Source of the DNA: Ignavibacteriota bacterium
Lineage (GTDB): Bacteria > Bacteroidota > Ignavibacteria > UBA10030 > UBA6906
Direction of reading: 5' to 3'
Length of the DNA stretch: 64,000 nucleotides
Assembly: GCA_963801355.1 (NCBI GenBank)
Contig: CAWDEM010000004.1
Span: 352,001-416,000 of the forward strand
Each line of letters starts with the position of its first letter. The stretch's first letter is position 1. Positions 54,842-64,000 of the stretch are shown here, piece by piece. A model generated the notes under the pieces. That model had not been told where the DNA came from. It worked only from the letters and a program-made list of their open reading frames with translations, and did not search any database. The position numbers were made by a program, and so were the translations under genes.

Positions 54842-57370
54842 TTACATCATTCCGACGGGATCGACATCGACAATCACCTGCACATGCGCGGTGCGCGCGG
54901 GCGGGCGTTCGATGGTTGCCTGCAATCGTGTCCGCGTCAGTGACCCCGAGGGATCGCTCTGCTTAGGCACACGCAGGATCACATGCCAGCGAAACTGCTT
55001 CTTGATTCTGGCGATGACCGCAGGTGCAGGACCAAGCACTTCAAAGGGCCCTGGGGGATCCCGCAAAGCCGCGGCAATCCTTTCGGCCGCCGTGCGCACG
55101 GCATCCTCGTTTTCGCCTTTGGTTTCAACCAGGATAAGCCGCGAGAACGGCGGATAGCGCAGTTCTTCGCGCGAGGCGAACTCTTCCCCGAAGAAAGCCC
55201 GGTAGTCGTGATCGATGATGTGCGTGAGCGTCCGGTGGCCGGGTTGAGCTGTTTGTATGATCACTTCGCCGTGCAGACGGCTGCGCCCCGCCCGGCCGGC
55301 TACCTGCGTGAGGAGCTGAAACGTTCGCTCGGATGAACGGAAATCGGGCAAAAGCATCTGTGTATCGGCGGATATCACGCCGACCAGCGTGACATGAGGG
55401 AAGTCCAATCCTTTTGCAACCATCTGCGTTCCGAGAAGAATATCCGCTTCGCCGTTGCCGAACTTCCGGAGAATCCGGTCGTGCGATCCTTTCCGGGTCG
55501 TCGTGTCGAGATCCATGCGGAGCACCCGTATGCCCGGAAACGTCGCCACAAGTTCCTCTTCAACCCGCTGGGTGCCCATGCCATGCAACGCGATGTCCGG
55601 GCTCGCACATGAAGGACATACGGTATACGGGGGGCGCACGTGACCGCAGTAATGACACCGGAGATGACGCTTGGCAAGGTGGTAGGTCAGCGAGACCTGA
55701 CAATCATCGCACATTGCGACGTAACCGCAATCGGGGCAGGAGACGTAGGGCGCAAACCCCCGGCGGTTCTGCAACAGGATGATGCCTTCTTTCTTCTGAA
55801 GCCGCAGGGCGATCTGCTCGCGCAGCCGGGCGGAAAGTGCGGAGTGCTGAAAGTGACGGAGCCCGCTCCGCTCATCGGGGGGAAGGGAAGTCTTGAGTTG
55901 AAGATACGCCTGGCGGTGTTCCGCTGTCATGTCAACCAGATCGACCGTCGGCAGGACGGCGTCGTCTGCGCGTTCCGGCATCTCCAGCAAGGTGAATTTC
56001 CCCTGGAGTGCATTTGCGTACGACTCCAGCGAGGGTGTTGCCGAGCCGAGCAGCACGACGGCATTTTCCTGCTGTCCGCGCATGATCGCGACGTCCCGCG
56101 CGTGATAGCGCGGCGTTGCATCATATTGTTTGTAAGACGCCTCATGCTCCTCGTCTACAACGATCAGGCCTACATCCAGCAACGGTGCAAAAAGGGCGGA
56201 GCGCGGTCCGATGATGATGCGACATGCCCCCTCACGCGCAAGACGCCAGACGTCACTCCGCTCTCCGGCAGTCATGCGGCTGTGGACCACCTGAGCATGA
56301 TTGCCAAAATGGCTCTTGAAGCGCCGGACGATCTGCGGTGTCAGAGAAATCTCCGGAACCAGAACGACAGCACTCCCTCCCCGCTCAAGGCAACGACGGA
56401 TGCATTCAATGTACACCTGGGTCTTTCCGCTTCCCGTCACACCATGGAGGAGGAATGTGTGGGGACGGTGCGCCTCCAGCGCTGCGGCAATACAGTCAAA
56501 CACCTGTTGCTGCGCGGCATTGAGGGTAATCGAGAGCGTCCGTTGTTCCGTCTCATATTCCTGGGTCCGGGCAACCGCGCGCCGTGCAATGTGCAGCAAA
56601 CCCGAACGAGTGAAGGGCGTGCATACTGCGGTCGATGTGCCGGACTGTTTGACCAGGTCGAGCAGGTCGGCTTCGCGGTCACCGCGTGCTTGCAGCCGGC
56701 TGACCATTTCGAGGAATTGCCTTGCCCTGACCCTCCGGGGTGGCAACCCGGCAATGGTCCGCTGGAGTGCCTGTACGTCGAGTCGTTCCAGGTCGATAAA
56801 ATCCCGTTCTTTGGCCCGCCCTTTGGGTCGTGGGAGGATCTCTTCCGAAACCACGAAGCCCTCCCGCTCGAGCGCATTCAGAACTGCGTGGATTGTGCGG
56901 ATGCCGCTGATCCGCTTCAGGTCGGCGGCAAACGCCGGTCCGTGTTCAACAAGATGCCGCACGAGGGCATAGCGCCGGGGTGAGCGCAACTTGAATTCGC
57001 CCAACCGCGGATCATCGGGAGCAATGGTAGCGCGCACGTGTCGTTTGCTGGTACTTCCGAAGCCGTGGGGGAGTGCTGTGCGCAGGACCTCATTGAGCGG
57101 CGCAAGATAGTACTCGGCAATCCAGCGGCACAGAGAGAGCAGGGCAGGCGAAAAGGACGGGCTGACATCAAGGACGTCAACGAGCGGCTTCAGTCCGGAG
57201 AATGATGATGCGCCCGGCAGGCCGACGACGAGGCCAACGGCATACTTGCGTCCAAACGGGACCAGCACCCTGCAGCCCACCGACATGGTAGCCTGAAGCT
57301 CGTCGGGGACGAGATAGGTAAAGGCCCTGTCCGGGCCGGAGGGAATGACAACATCGGCGAACCGGAGCAT
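54842..57370 (-). CDS. priA: Primosomal protein N' (replication restart helicase)
   Basis: RVLVPFG, GVTGSGKTQVY, VPEISLTPQ, DEEHE.SYKQ, GSATPSLES, four CxxC, GTQMVAKGLDFP and QVAGRAGR. Confidence 0.97.
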   Translation of the reverse strand: MLRFADVVIPSGPDRAFTYLVPDELQATMSVGCRVLVPFGRKYAVGLVVGLPGASSFSGLKPLVDVLDVSPSFSPALLSLCRWIAEYYLAPLNEVLRTALPHGFGSTSKRHVRATIAPDDPRLGEFKLRSPRRYALVRHLVEHGPAFAADLKRISGIRTIHAVLNALEREGFVVSEEILPRPKGRAKERDFIDLERLDVQALQRTIAGLPPRRVRARQFLEMVSRLQARGDREADLLDLVKQSGTSTAVCTPFTRSGLLHIARRAVARTQEYETEQRTLSITLNAAQQQVFDCIAAALEAHRPHTFLLHGVTGSGKTQVYIECIRRCLERGGSAVVLVPEISLTPQIVRRFKSHFGNHAQVVHSRMTAGERSDVWRLAREGACRIIIGPRSALFAPLLDVGLIVVDEEHEASYKQYDATPRYHARDVAIMRGQQENAVVLLGSATPSLESYANALQGKFTLLEMPERADDAVLPTVDLVDMTAEHRQAYLQLKTSLPPDERSGLRHFQHSALSARLREQIALRLQKKEGIILLQNRRGFAPYVSCPDCGYVAMCDDCQVSLTYHLAKRHLRCHYCGHVRPPYTVCPSCASPDIALHGMGTQRVEEELVATFPGIRVLRMDLDTTTRKGSHDRILRKFGNGEADILLGTQMVAKGLDFPHVTLVGVISADTQMLLPDFRSSERTFQLLTQVAGRAGRSRLHGEVIIQTAQPGHRTLTHIIDHDYRAFFGEEFASREELRYPPFSRLILVETKGENEDAVRTAAERIAAALRDPPGPFEVLGPAPAVIARIKKQFRWHVILRVPKQSDPSGSLTRTRLQATIERPPARTAHVQVIVDVDPVGMM

Positions 57371-57393
57371 GAAGATACTCCCTCTACAGCTTC

Positions 57394-58014
57394 TTACCTT
57401 GTAAGGACGCCAAGTTGATGCAGCGCCGTGCGAAGTTGTTCCGGATCCACGAACCTCACCGCCCGCAGCCCGAGCTTCGCGGCCGCGTCGACATTCCCCT
57501 GAATATCGTCAATATACGCACACTCTTCCGGCGGGAGCCGCAGCTTCCGCAGCATATCGTTGTAGGTCGCCGGGGAGGGCTTCATGGCCCCGACCTCAAA
57601 GGAGAGTGTCACCGCATCGAACAGGGGGAAAATATCCAGCGGGCGGATGCAGCGGAGATAATGCCACTCGTTCGTGTTGGAAAGGAGGCCGAGTTTATGC
57701 GTCTGTTTCAGCGCACGGACCAGCGCAAAGGACTCCGCGATAGGGCTGAAGATGCCCGTATACGCATGTATGAAATCATCGCGACTGATCGTAATGCCGG
57801 CGAGCGCACACAGACGTTCGAAGAACTGATCGGAAGTGACTGTTCCCGTTTCGTATTGCACCGCAAGTGTGTTGATGCCGGGCATCACCGCCCGCAGCTC
57901 GTCAGGCGTTCTCCCGCTCTTCCGTGACAGGCCCGCGATGAACAGGGAGACGTCGAAGTTGCAGATGACGTTGCCGAAATCGAAGATCACCGCTTCCAGC
58001 TTCCGGTCAGCCAT
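57394..58014 (-). CDS. HAD-superfamily phosphatase (YihX-like)
   Basis: IFDFGNV, LLSNTN..H, SFEVGAMKP and IDD..GNV. Confidence 0.9.
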   Translation of the reverse strand: MADRKLEAVIFDFGNVICNFDVSLFIAGLSRKSGRTPDELRAVMPGINTLAVQYETGTVTSDQFFERLCALAGITISRDDFIHAYTGIFSPIAESFALVRALKQTHKLGLLSNTNEWHYLRCIRPLDIFPLFDAVTLSFEVGAMKPSPATYNDMLRKLRLPPEECAYIDDIQGNVDAAAKLGLRAVRFVDPEQLRTALHQLGVLTR

Positions 58015-59110
58015 GCGTTTGTCCCGGAAGTGCACGCGGGACGATCACCGGTTCCATCTCCAGCGTCACCCCGAAGGCAGCGGAGACGCCCGCTCGTATT
58101 TCCTCTGCCAGCGCCAGCAGCTCGCGCGAAGAGCCGGTATAGTTCACCAGGGCCAGGGCGTGTTTCGACGAGATGCCGACGCCGCCGCGCCGCAGGCCCT
58201 TCGGGAAACCCGCATGCTCCACGAGCCAGGCAGCGGGGAGTTTTACGCCTTCGGGGGTGTCATAGGACGGGATTGCCGAGATGTTGCCGGAAGTCCTCCA
58301 GCGAGTCTGGAGAGCGGTGAAGGCGGCATGGGGCACGACGGGGTTCGTGAAAAAAGAACCGGCGGAACGGGAATCGGGATCTTCGGGATTGAGCACCATG
58401 CCCTTTGCGGCTCTCAGGCGAAGCACGGTGTTCCGTGTCTGCAGCAGCGTCGGTGCCAGGGTCGCCTGCGGCTCCGGCCCCATGTCCCGTGCAATTGCGC
58501 GGGCAAGCTCGGGATAGCGGATAGCGGAGAACGGAATCACCGGGAGGTCAAACTCCACTCCGGTCAGGATGTACCTGCCCGCATCGGTTCCCTTGAACCG
58601 GCTCCGGCGGTATCCGAATTCACATTCCCCGGCAGTGAACGACACGGTGTGCAGCGTCGTCCGGTCAAGTGCGTGGACCGCCGTGACGGTGTCGGCCACT
58701 TCCTGTCCGTATGCACCGACATTCTGCACCGGTGTTGCACCTGCGGTTCCGGGGATGCCCGAAAGGCACTCCAGGCCACCGAGGCCGCGTTGGACGCACG
58801 CTGCGACGACAGCGTCCCATTGTTCGCCTCCCGCGGCGTACACGCTGCAGCGGGCACCGTGCTCTGTAAAGTCGATGCCGCGCGATATCAGATGAAGCAC
58901 GACGCCCGGAAATCCCTCGTCCGTCACCACCATGTTACTGCCGCCGCCGAGGAGAAGGAGCGGCAGGTGCTGTTCACCGGCGAAGGAGATCCCCGTGCGG
59001 AGATCTTCAAGTTCGGAGCAGTCCATGAAATAGCGCGCGGGTCCGCCCAGACCGAGCGTTGTGTACCGCGCCAGAGGCACCTGTTCCAGGATGTGGGGAT
59101 GTGCAATCAT
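58007..59110 (-). CDS. murB: UDP-N-acetylenolpyruvoylglucosamine reductase
   Basis: TTLGLGGPA, LGGGSN, GIPGTAGATPVQNVGAYG, FGYRRSRFK, SAGSFFTNP, HALALVN and LEMEP. Confidence 0.96.
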   Translation of the reverse strand: MIAHPHILEQVPLARYTTLGLGGPARYFMDCSELEDLRTGISFAGEQHLPLLLLGGGSNMVVTDEGFPGVVLHLISRGIDFTEHGARCSVYAAGGEQWDAVVAACVQRGLGGLECLSGIPGTAGATPVQNVGAYGQEVADTVTAVHALDRTTLHTVSFTAGECEFGYRRSRFKGTDAGRYILTGVEFDLPVIPFSAIRYPELARAIARDMGPEPQATLAPTLLQTRNTVLRLRAAKGMVLNPEDPDSRSAGSFFTNPVVPHAAFTALQTRWRTSGNISAIPSYDTPEGVKLPAAWLVEHAGFPKGLRRGGVGISSKHALALVNYTGSSRELLALAEEIRAGVSAAFGVTLEMEPVIVPRALPGQTHG

Positions 59111-59128
59111 TGTTTCACGTGTACGGCG

Positions 59129-59908
59129 TCAGCTCTTTCTGTGCACATGATGCACGGATGCCTGGGCTGTGGGCATGACGATGACTTCCGCGATGTCGAC
59201 ATGGGGCGGCCGCGTGACGCAAAAGAGCACGACGTCAGCAATGTCGTCAGGTCCCAGCGGTTTCATGTTCACGTACGTGTGCGCTGCCCGTTGCGCATCC
59301 CCGTGAAATCGTACGAGGCTGAACTCGGTTTCGACTAATCCGGGATCGACGGAACAGACACGGACACCGGTGCCGAGCAGATCCATCTTCAGGCCTTCCG
59401 TCAACGCCTTCACGGCATGTTTGGTTGCGCAATACACATTACCGTTGGGATAGACCTGATGTCCGGCGATGGACCCGATATTGACGACGTGGCCCGTGCC
59501 GCGTTGCACCATCCAGGGAACCACCGTCCGTGAGACATACAGAAGTCCCTTGATATTGGTGTCGATCATCTCTTCCCAGTCCTGCACGTCGCCTTCATGC
59601 AGCTTGTGGAAACCGCGCGCAAGGCCGGCATTGTTGATGAGAACGTCGATCCGGCGCCACTCTTCAGGAAGAGCGCCGAATGCGGCGTCGACCTGTGCGC
59701 GGTCGCGCACATCAAGCGGAGCGGTGCGAACGCGGACAGCGTACCGGCGCGTGAGTTCCTCCGCCAGCACATCCAGCCGTTCCTTCCTGCGGGCAAACAG
59801 GAGAAGTGAGGCCCCTTCGGCGGCGAACGCTCTGGCGCACGATGCGCCGATGCCGCTGCTGGCGCCCGTGATGCATGCAAGAGTATTGTCCATGCGTTTC
59901 ATAGTCAT
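59129..59908 (-). CDS. SDR oxidoreductase (YdfG-like)
   Basis: TGASSGIG, NNAG, NIGSIAG, YCATK and PG.VETEFS.VRF.GD. Confidence 0.92.
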   Translation of the reverse strand: MTMKRMDNTLACITGASSGIGASCARAFAAEGASLLLFARRKERLDVLAEELTRRYAVRVRTAPLDVRDRAQVDAAFGALPEEWRRIDVLINNAGLARGFHKLHEGDVQDWEEMIDTNIKGLLYVSRTVVPWMVQRGTGHVVNIGSIAGHQVYPNGNVYCATKHAVKALTEGLKMDLLGTGVRVCSVDPGLVETEFSLVRFHGDAQRAAHTYVNMKPLGPDDIADVVLFCVTRPPHVDIAEVIVMPTAQASVHHVHRKS

Positions 59909-59912
59909 CAGC

Positions 59913-61589
59913 CTACTGGTGGAGTGCGAGCTGCAACCGCGGCGCGATGTCGACCGGGATCCCCTTGAGGCGATCCAGAGTCCGCTGCATGGGCGGACGT
60001 ATGACGGCGTATGTGTCGAGAAGGTCGCGGGCCTTGCCGTACTCTCCCTCCGCCTGGATGGTCATGATCAGGGCGGTCAGATTGCGGGCTGCCTTTTTGA
60101 TCTTCGTAAAATCGACACTGAAGGTTGCTGTCGTGCTGTCATAGACAAACGCGCCGTTGTCATTCAGATAGTTGAATTGCAGGGCCACGCCTCTGCCGTG
60201 TGCCTCGTGGATGCCGAAACGCACTGAACGGAACATGCCTGCGAGGTACGTGACATACATCTGCTGCTCTGCGGCCCGGTCAAGAACGCCCTTGTCGATC
60301 AGGAACTGCAGGGCGGAGAGTGCCGCAATATCGGCTTTGGCTTCTTCCAGCGCGGAGCCGAGTTCGCGCATCTCCTGGCGCACGGTAGTTTTCTTCCCGG
60401 CCACCGTGATGCGATGGGGCCCGAGACCGTGCATGAGCTCGTGGGCAAGGATCTGGGTAAAGAAAGGGTCGAAGGCGACCAGGGATCGCTGTGCCGGATC
60501 AAGCACAATGGCGGCAATGGGTGTCAGGATCGCCGTGAATTTTGCCTCCTGCACATTCTTCAGCATAACCCGCTTGCTCCCTTTCTCAGCGGTAATGCGC
60601 TCGTCGTTTGGTAAATTGTATGCCGCTGTCTGGATGCCGGAACGGGCCTCTCCACCGATTGCCACTTCGTCGACCACCGTGATTGGGGCCATCGCGCCGA
60701 GCTTCGGATTGCGGTATTTGGGAGCGATGGGCAGATTGTTCTCGATGTCCTGCAAATAACCTGAGAACTTCGCAAGCTTCGCGGTTTCCGCCTCATTCCT
60801 GAGTGAGATGTACGCTTCAAACGCCGCTTTGTAGTTGAAGAGCTTGTCCATGTACACCTCGTACGGGCCGAGGGTCACGTCGATCGGGCTATCGAGATCC
60901 ATCCATGCCACATCGCTGTCGTAGTAGTCGTTGCTGAGCAGTGCGTCTGCGCGTCCAGCGAGAAACCTGCGCAGACTCGCATTTTCGGTCTGTGCAGCTG
61001 CGGTCCGCAGCAGTCCTGCCAGGGGTGTAAGAAGCGCGGCATACTCCGTTGCATACGAGACAATGGTGAGTTCGCCGGCGCTGTTCCGCCGGATTGTGCT
61101 GAAGAAGCCCGTTGCCTCCTTTTGTCGTTCCGCCGGTAAGGAGGCGAGCCAGGTTGTGAATTCTTCCTTCGTCATATCGGCCGGGTAATAGTTAGCCCCG
61201 GGCGGCCGGAGAGCGGGGACGCCATCGACAAACGGCTCATCGCCGTCGAGAGATGACCAGGGAGACTGGTTGATACAAAAGTATTGAAGACGGAGTTTGC
61301 CCAGGGGGGAAGTATCCGCCTCCAGCCGGGCCAACAGGGCCTCATTCCCCTCCCACACCTGGCGCCGGTAGAGGGTGTCAATGTAGCGGGCAGCCGCCAC
61401 GAGTGTGATGAGGGCCCGGCGGTCGCCGGGTGCGAGTCGTGATGTGTCACCGGCAATTGTTGCGGGAGCGAACCGCTGTATCTTGGATTCGAGCGCAGTC
61501 AGGGCCGGGTCTCCGTCTTTGTGGGTGGAACAGGAGAGCAGGACTGTGCTGCAGAGAAGCACGTACAACGGAACGGCGGGCATATTCAT
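59913..61589 (-). CDS. Peptidase M49 (dipeptidyl peptidase III-like) lipoprotein, HEXXH type
   Basis: Lipobox VLLSC, G.N.YP.D, GPYEVY.D, A.NLPNDE, HELMHGLG, EEAKAD and R.G..EAHG. Confidence 0.85.
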   Translation of the reverse strand: MNMPAVPLYVLLCSTVLLSCSTHKDGDPALTALESKIQRFAPATIAGDTSRLAPGDRRALITLVAAARYIDTLYRRQVWEGNEALLARLEADTSPLGKLRLQYFCINQSPWSSLDGDEPFVDGVPALRPPGANYYPADMTKEEFTTWLASLPAERQKEATGFFSTIRRNSAGELTIVSYATEYAALLTPLAGLLRTAAAQTENASLRRFLAGRADALLSNDYYDSDVAWMDLDSPIDVTLGPYEVYMDKLFNYKAAFEAYISLRNEAETAKLAKFSGYLQDIENNLPIAPKYRNPKLGAMAPITVVDEVAIGGEARSGIQTAAYNLPNDERITAEKGSKRVMLKNVQEAKFTAILTPIAAIVLDPAQRSLVAFDPFFTQILAHELMHGLGPHRITVAGKKTTVRQEMRELGSALEEAKADIAALSALQFLIDKGVLDRAAEQQMYVTYLAGMFRSVRFGIHEAHGRGVALQFNYLNDNGAFVYDSTTATFSVDFTKIKKAARNLTALIMTIQAEGEYGKARDLLDTYAVIRPPMQRTLDRLKGIPVDIAPRLQLALHQ

Positions 61590-62782
61590 AGTTCTGTTTC
61601 CTGATGCGGTGATGTCCGGGAGCGGAGCTCTTCGTTGATCTGGCGCATGACGGCGATAAGCGGGAGCTGAAGATTCTCGGCGATGCGCTTGCATTCTTCA
61701 TATTCCGCCGCGAGCAGAACCACGCCCTCCCGTTCTACCGCTTTGGCCAGAACGGGACCGAAGGATGTTTGCATCGTGACCTCCTGGCGGGGCAGCTTAC
61801 GGCGTCCGACAGTGTGAATGCGCAGTCCGATCGATGTGGTTTCGCGGAAGATGACCGTGATGGCCTCCTGCATGCGCGTCCTGCTGGTGAGCACCGAGAG
61901 CAGAATGCCCGGACGACCCTTCTTCATGATGATCGGGATGAGGTAGGCATCATGCGCACCTGTGGCGAGCAACCGCTCGATGAGATAGGGATGGACCTGC
62001 GGGTTCATATCGTCGATATTCGTTTCGATGACCACCGACTCATCCCGCTCGTACGGTTCGTCCATCGCACCGATCACGACACGCAGGAAATTGGGAAGTC
62101 CTTCGATTTCCCTTGTGCCCGCACCGTAACCGACGGCATGAATGCGGATTACCTCTTCGTCAAGTGTCCCCGCGGACAACGCTTTGATGATTGCCGCGCC
62201 GGTGGGAGTCGTGAGCTCCGCATTGATTGCGGTGAGCTGGACCGGATAGCCTTTCAACAGCTCGGCGGTGGCCGGGGCGGGGATAGGCATCGTGCCGTGC
62301 TGTGTCGCGATAGTGCCGGCGCTCCCCAGGCGGACGGGCGAGGAGTACACGCGTTCGACGCCAAAGTGTTCAAGGCAGATGGCCGTGCCGACAATATCCA
62401 CGATGGAGTCCAGTGCACCCACCTCGTGAAAATGCACACTCTGGACGGAGGTGTTGTGCACAGCTGCTTCTGCTTCGGCGAGAACGGTAAAGATGCGCGC
62501 GGCGCGGTCGCGGATGGAGCTGCTCAGGGAACTCCTGTCAAGGATCCCGAGAATGTCCGCGAGATGCCGGTGGTAGTGGGGCTGATGAGTCACCACCACA
62601 TCGACATGCACCGCGTCAATCGAGCTGCGGCGCACATGTTCGGCGCTCAGGGTGAAGCCGTCGAGGGGGAGCTTGCGGAGTTCCCCGGCGAGGTCATCGA
62701 GGGGATACCCGGCTGCGATGAAGCCGGCGAGCGTCATATCGCCGGCGATGCCGGCAATGGTGTCGAAATAGACAATATTCAT
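61586..62782 (-). CDS. larC: Nickel-pincer cofactor biosynthesis protein LarC
   Basis: GIAGDM, HFHEVGA.DSIVDIVG, HG..P.PAPAT, E.TTPTGAA, ETNIDD, MKKGRPG, ETTSIG.R and EYEEC. Confidence 0.93.
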   Translation of the reverse strand: MNIVYFDTIAGIAGDMTLAGFIAAGYPLDDLAGELRKLPLDGFTLSAEHVRRSSIDAVHVDVVVTHQPHYHRHLADILGILDRSSLSSSIRDRAARIFTVLAEAEAAVHNTSVQSVHFHEVGALDSIVDIVGTAICLEHFGVERVYSSPVRLGSAGTIATQHGTMPIPAPATAELLKGYPVQLTAINAELTTPTGAAIIKALSAGTLDEEVIRIHAVGYGAGTREIEGLPNFLRVVIGAMDEPYERDESVVIETNIDDMNPQVHPYLIERLLATGAHDAYLIPIIMKKGRPGILLSVLTSRTRMQEAITVIFRETTSIGLRIHTVGRRKLPRQEVTMQTSFGPVLAKAVEREGVVLLAAEYEECKRIAENLQLPLIAVMRQINEELRSRTSPHQETEL

Positions 62783-63999
62783 GCGCGTTTCTCCGGAAAT
62801 GTGGGGCGGAGATACGGTTTAAGACGTGCACAGATGCGTTCCGTGGCCCCCAGATTTGACTGCACAAAGGCCGAAGCCCGGTTGCCGGCTGTTATGCGTG
62901 CCGTGTCGTCTTCCAGCAGGTTCGTGAGCGTACGTTCGAGATCCATGGCATCATTGACAACGAAGGCGCCGCCGCGCTCCACCAGTTGCAGCGGCTCATG
63001 TGAATTGCGATGCCGTGGCCCGAACACAACGGGGATGCCATACACCGCAGCCTCAAGCACGTTATGGATTCCCTGCCGGAAACTTCCGCCCACGTACGCA
63101 AGATGGGCCGAGGCGTAGAGGACCAGGAGTATGCCGACACTGTCCACAATAATAACTTCTTCCCCGCCGTATTCGTTCAGTGCGGAGAATCGGATGGACC
63201 GGACGTGTCCCTCCATCTGCCGCTCGAGATCCTCAAGATGATCAACCGTGGGCTCGTGGGGAACGAGTATAAGCAGGAGGTCGGAAATGTGCTGGCGCAT
63301 CTTCAGGAGGGCGGGAAGCAGAACTTCTTCGTCCTCCGGCCATGTGCTGCCTGCCACGATCACTCGTTTCCCCCGGAGAATCGCAGGCGGAATGATGCTT
63401 CGCTTACGGGCTTCGGCGCTGCGCGTAGCCACCTGATCATACCGCGTATCCCCGATGGCTTCGAGGACAGGCCGGGTCATCCCGAGCGAACGGAACACTT
63501 CCAGATCCGAGGATGACACGGTGAGAATGCGGTCAATAGCATCGTAGACGTTGCGGTGGAAAGGTTTCAACAAGGGAAGCCTGCGCGGCGTGCTCCGGCG
63601 CATGGTTGCATTGGCGATGATGACCGGAATCTTTCGACGCTGCAATTCCCAGATGTGGTTTGGCCAGATATCGTAACGCACCATCACTGCAACCGTGGGC
63701 CGGACGAGCTCGAGGAATCGCCGGGCATTCCTCCGGGAATCGAATGGGATATAGCCGATGACATCCGCATGGGGGTAGGTGCGGGAGTGCTCATAGCCCG
63801 AAGGGGAGAAGAATGTGACGATAATCTTGAGTTCCGGGATATGTCGCCGGAGGGCCGTGATGATCGGCTTGGCCTGTTCGAACTCTCCCATGGACGAGGA
63901 ATGCACCCAGAGGCGGGGTCCGGTCCCGAGACCCGCAGTGGCCGCCGCCAGCGTGTCAAAGAGTCCGCGGCGCCCCCGGATGGCCTTACGAACCTTGCG
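62779..63999 (-). CDS. waaA: 3-deoxy-D-manno-octulosonic acid (Kdo) transferase, 5'-truncated by window edge
   Basis: LWVHSSSMGEFEQ, TFFSPSG, Y.PFD, GDTRYD, AGSTW..DE, VGGSF..G.HN.LE.A..G.PV.FGP. The frame is open to the window end. Confidence 0.93.
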   Translation of the reverse strand, partial: RKVRKAIRGRRGLFDTLAAATAGLGTGPRLWVHSSSMGEFEQAKPIITALRRHIPELKIIVTFFSPSGYEHSRTYPHADVIGYIPFDSRRNARRFLELVRPTVAVMVRYDIWPNHIWELQRRKIPVIIANATMRRSTPRRLPLLKPFHRNVYDAIDRILTVSSSDLEVFRSLGMTRPVLEAIGDTRYDQVATRSAEARKRSIIPPAILRGKRVIVAGSTWPEDEEVLLPALLKMRQHISDLLLILVPHEPTVDHLEDLERQMEGHVRSIRFSALNEYGGEEVIIVDSVGILLVLYASAHLAYVGGSFRQGIHNVLEAAVYGIPVVFGPRHRNSHEPLQLVERGGAFVVNDAMDLERTLTNLLEDDTARITAGNRASAFVQSNLGATERICARLKPYLRPTFPEKRA

Positions 64000-64000
64000 T

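Noticed and set aside
55640-63118. Long plus-strand ORFs (55640-56983, 57836-59338, 61769-63118)
   Set aside because: These are antisense shadows of priA, murB and larC/waaA, expected with high-GC codon bias. They show no recognisable motifs.

Overview
A gene-dense, roughly 60% GC chromosomal segment. It is most likely from an FCB-group bacterium (Ignavibacteria/Bacteroidota-like), inferred from three T9SS C-terminal sorting domains, Tat substrates, a propeller/Y_Y_Y sensor kinase and waaA. There are about 47 CDS, mostly housekeeping or metabolic: split feoB, nifJ/PFOR, pepF (frameshifted), yitJ, mutS, wecE/rffA, thyA-folA, glgP, priA, murB, larC and waaA. I saw no rRNA, tRNA, CRISPR array, transposase or integrase. 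The most striking region is a DNA-repair island at about 44.8-52.9 kb. (i) A UvrD/PcrA helicase gene is cut into two intact halves by a complete homocysteine S-methyltransferase gene, with ATGA stop/start overlaps at both junctions. (ii) Divergently from it lies an archaeal-type iRadA - small protein - PolB2 mutagenesis-like cassette. (iii) The shared intergenic region of about 155 bp has back-to-back promoters and two copies of the palindrome ACGACA-N4-TGTYGT. Other items worth a look are a sigma54-preceded trio of non-canonical minor-pilin-like genes, a stand-alone C39 peptidase heading a glycosylation operon, a secreted 4-repeat protein, a His-motif duplicated helical protein and dispersed heptamer repeats. 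All family calls come from motif recognition by eye; no database searches were run.
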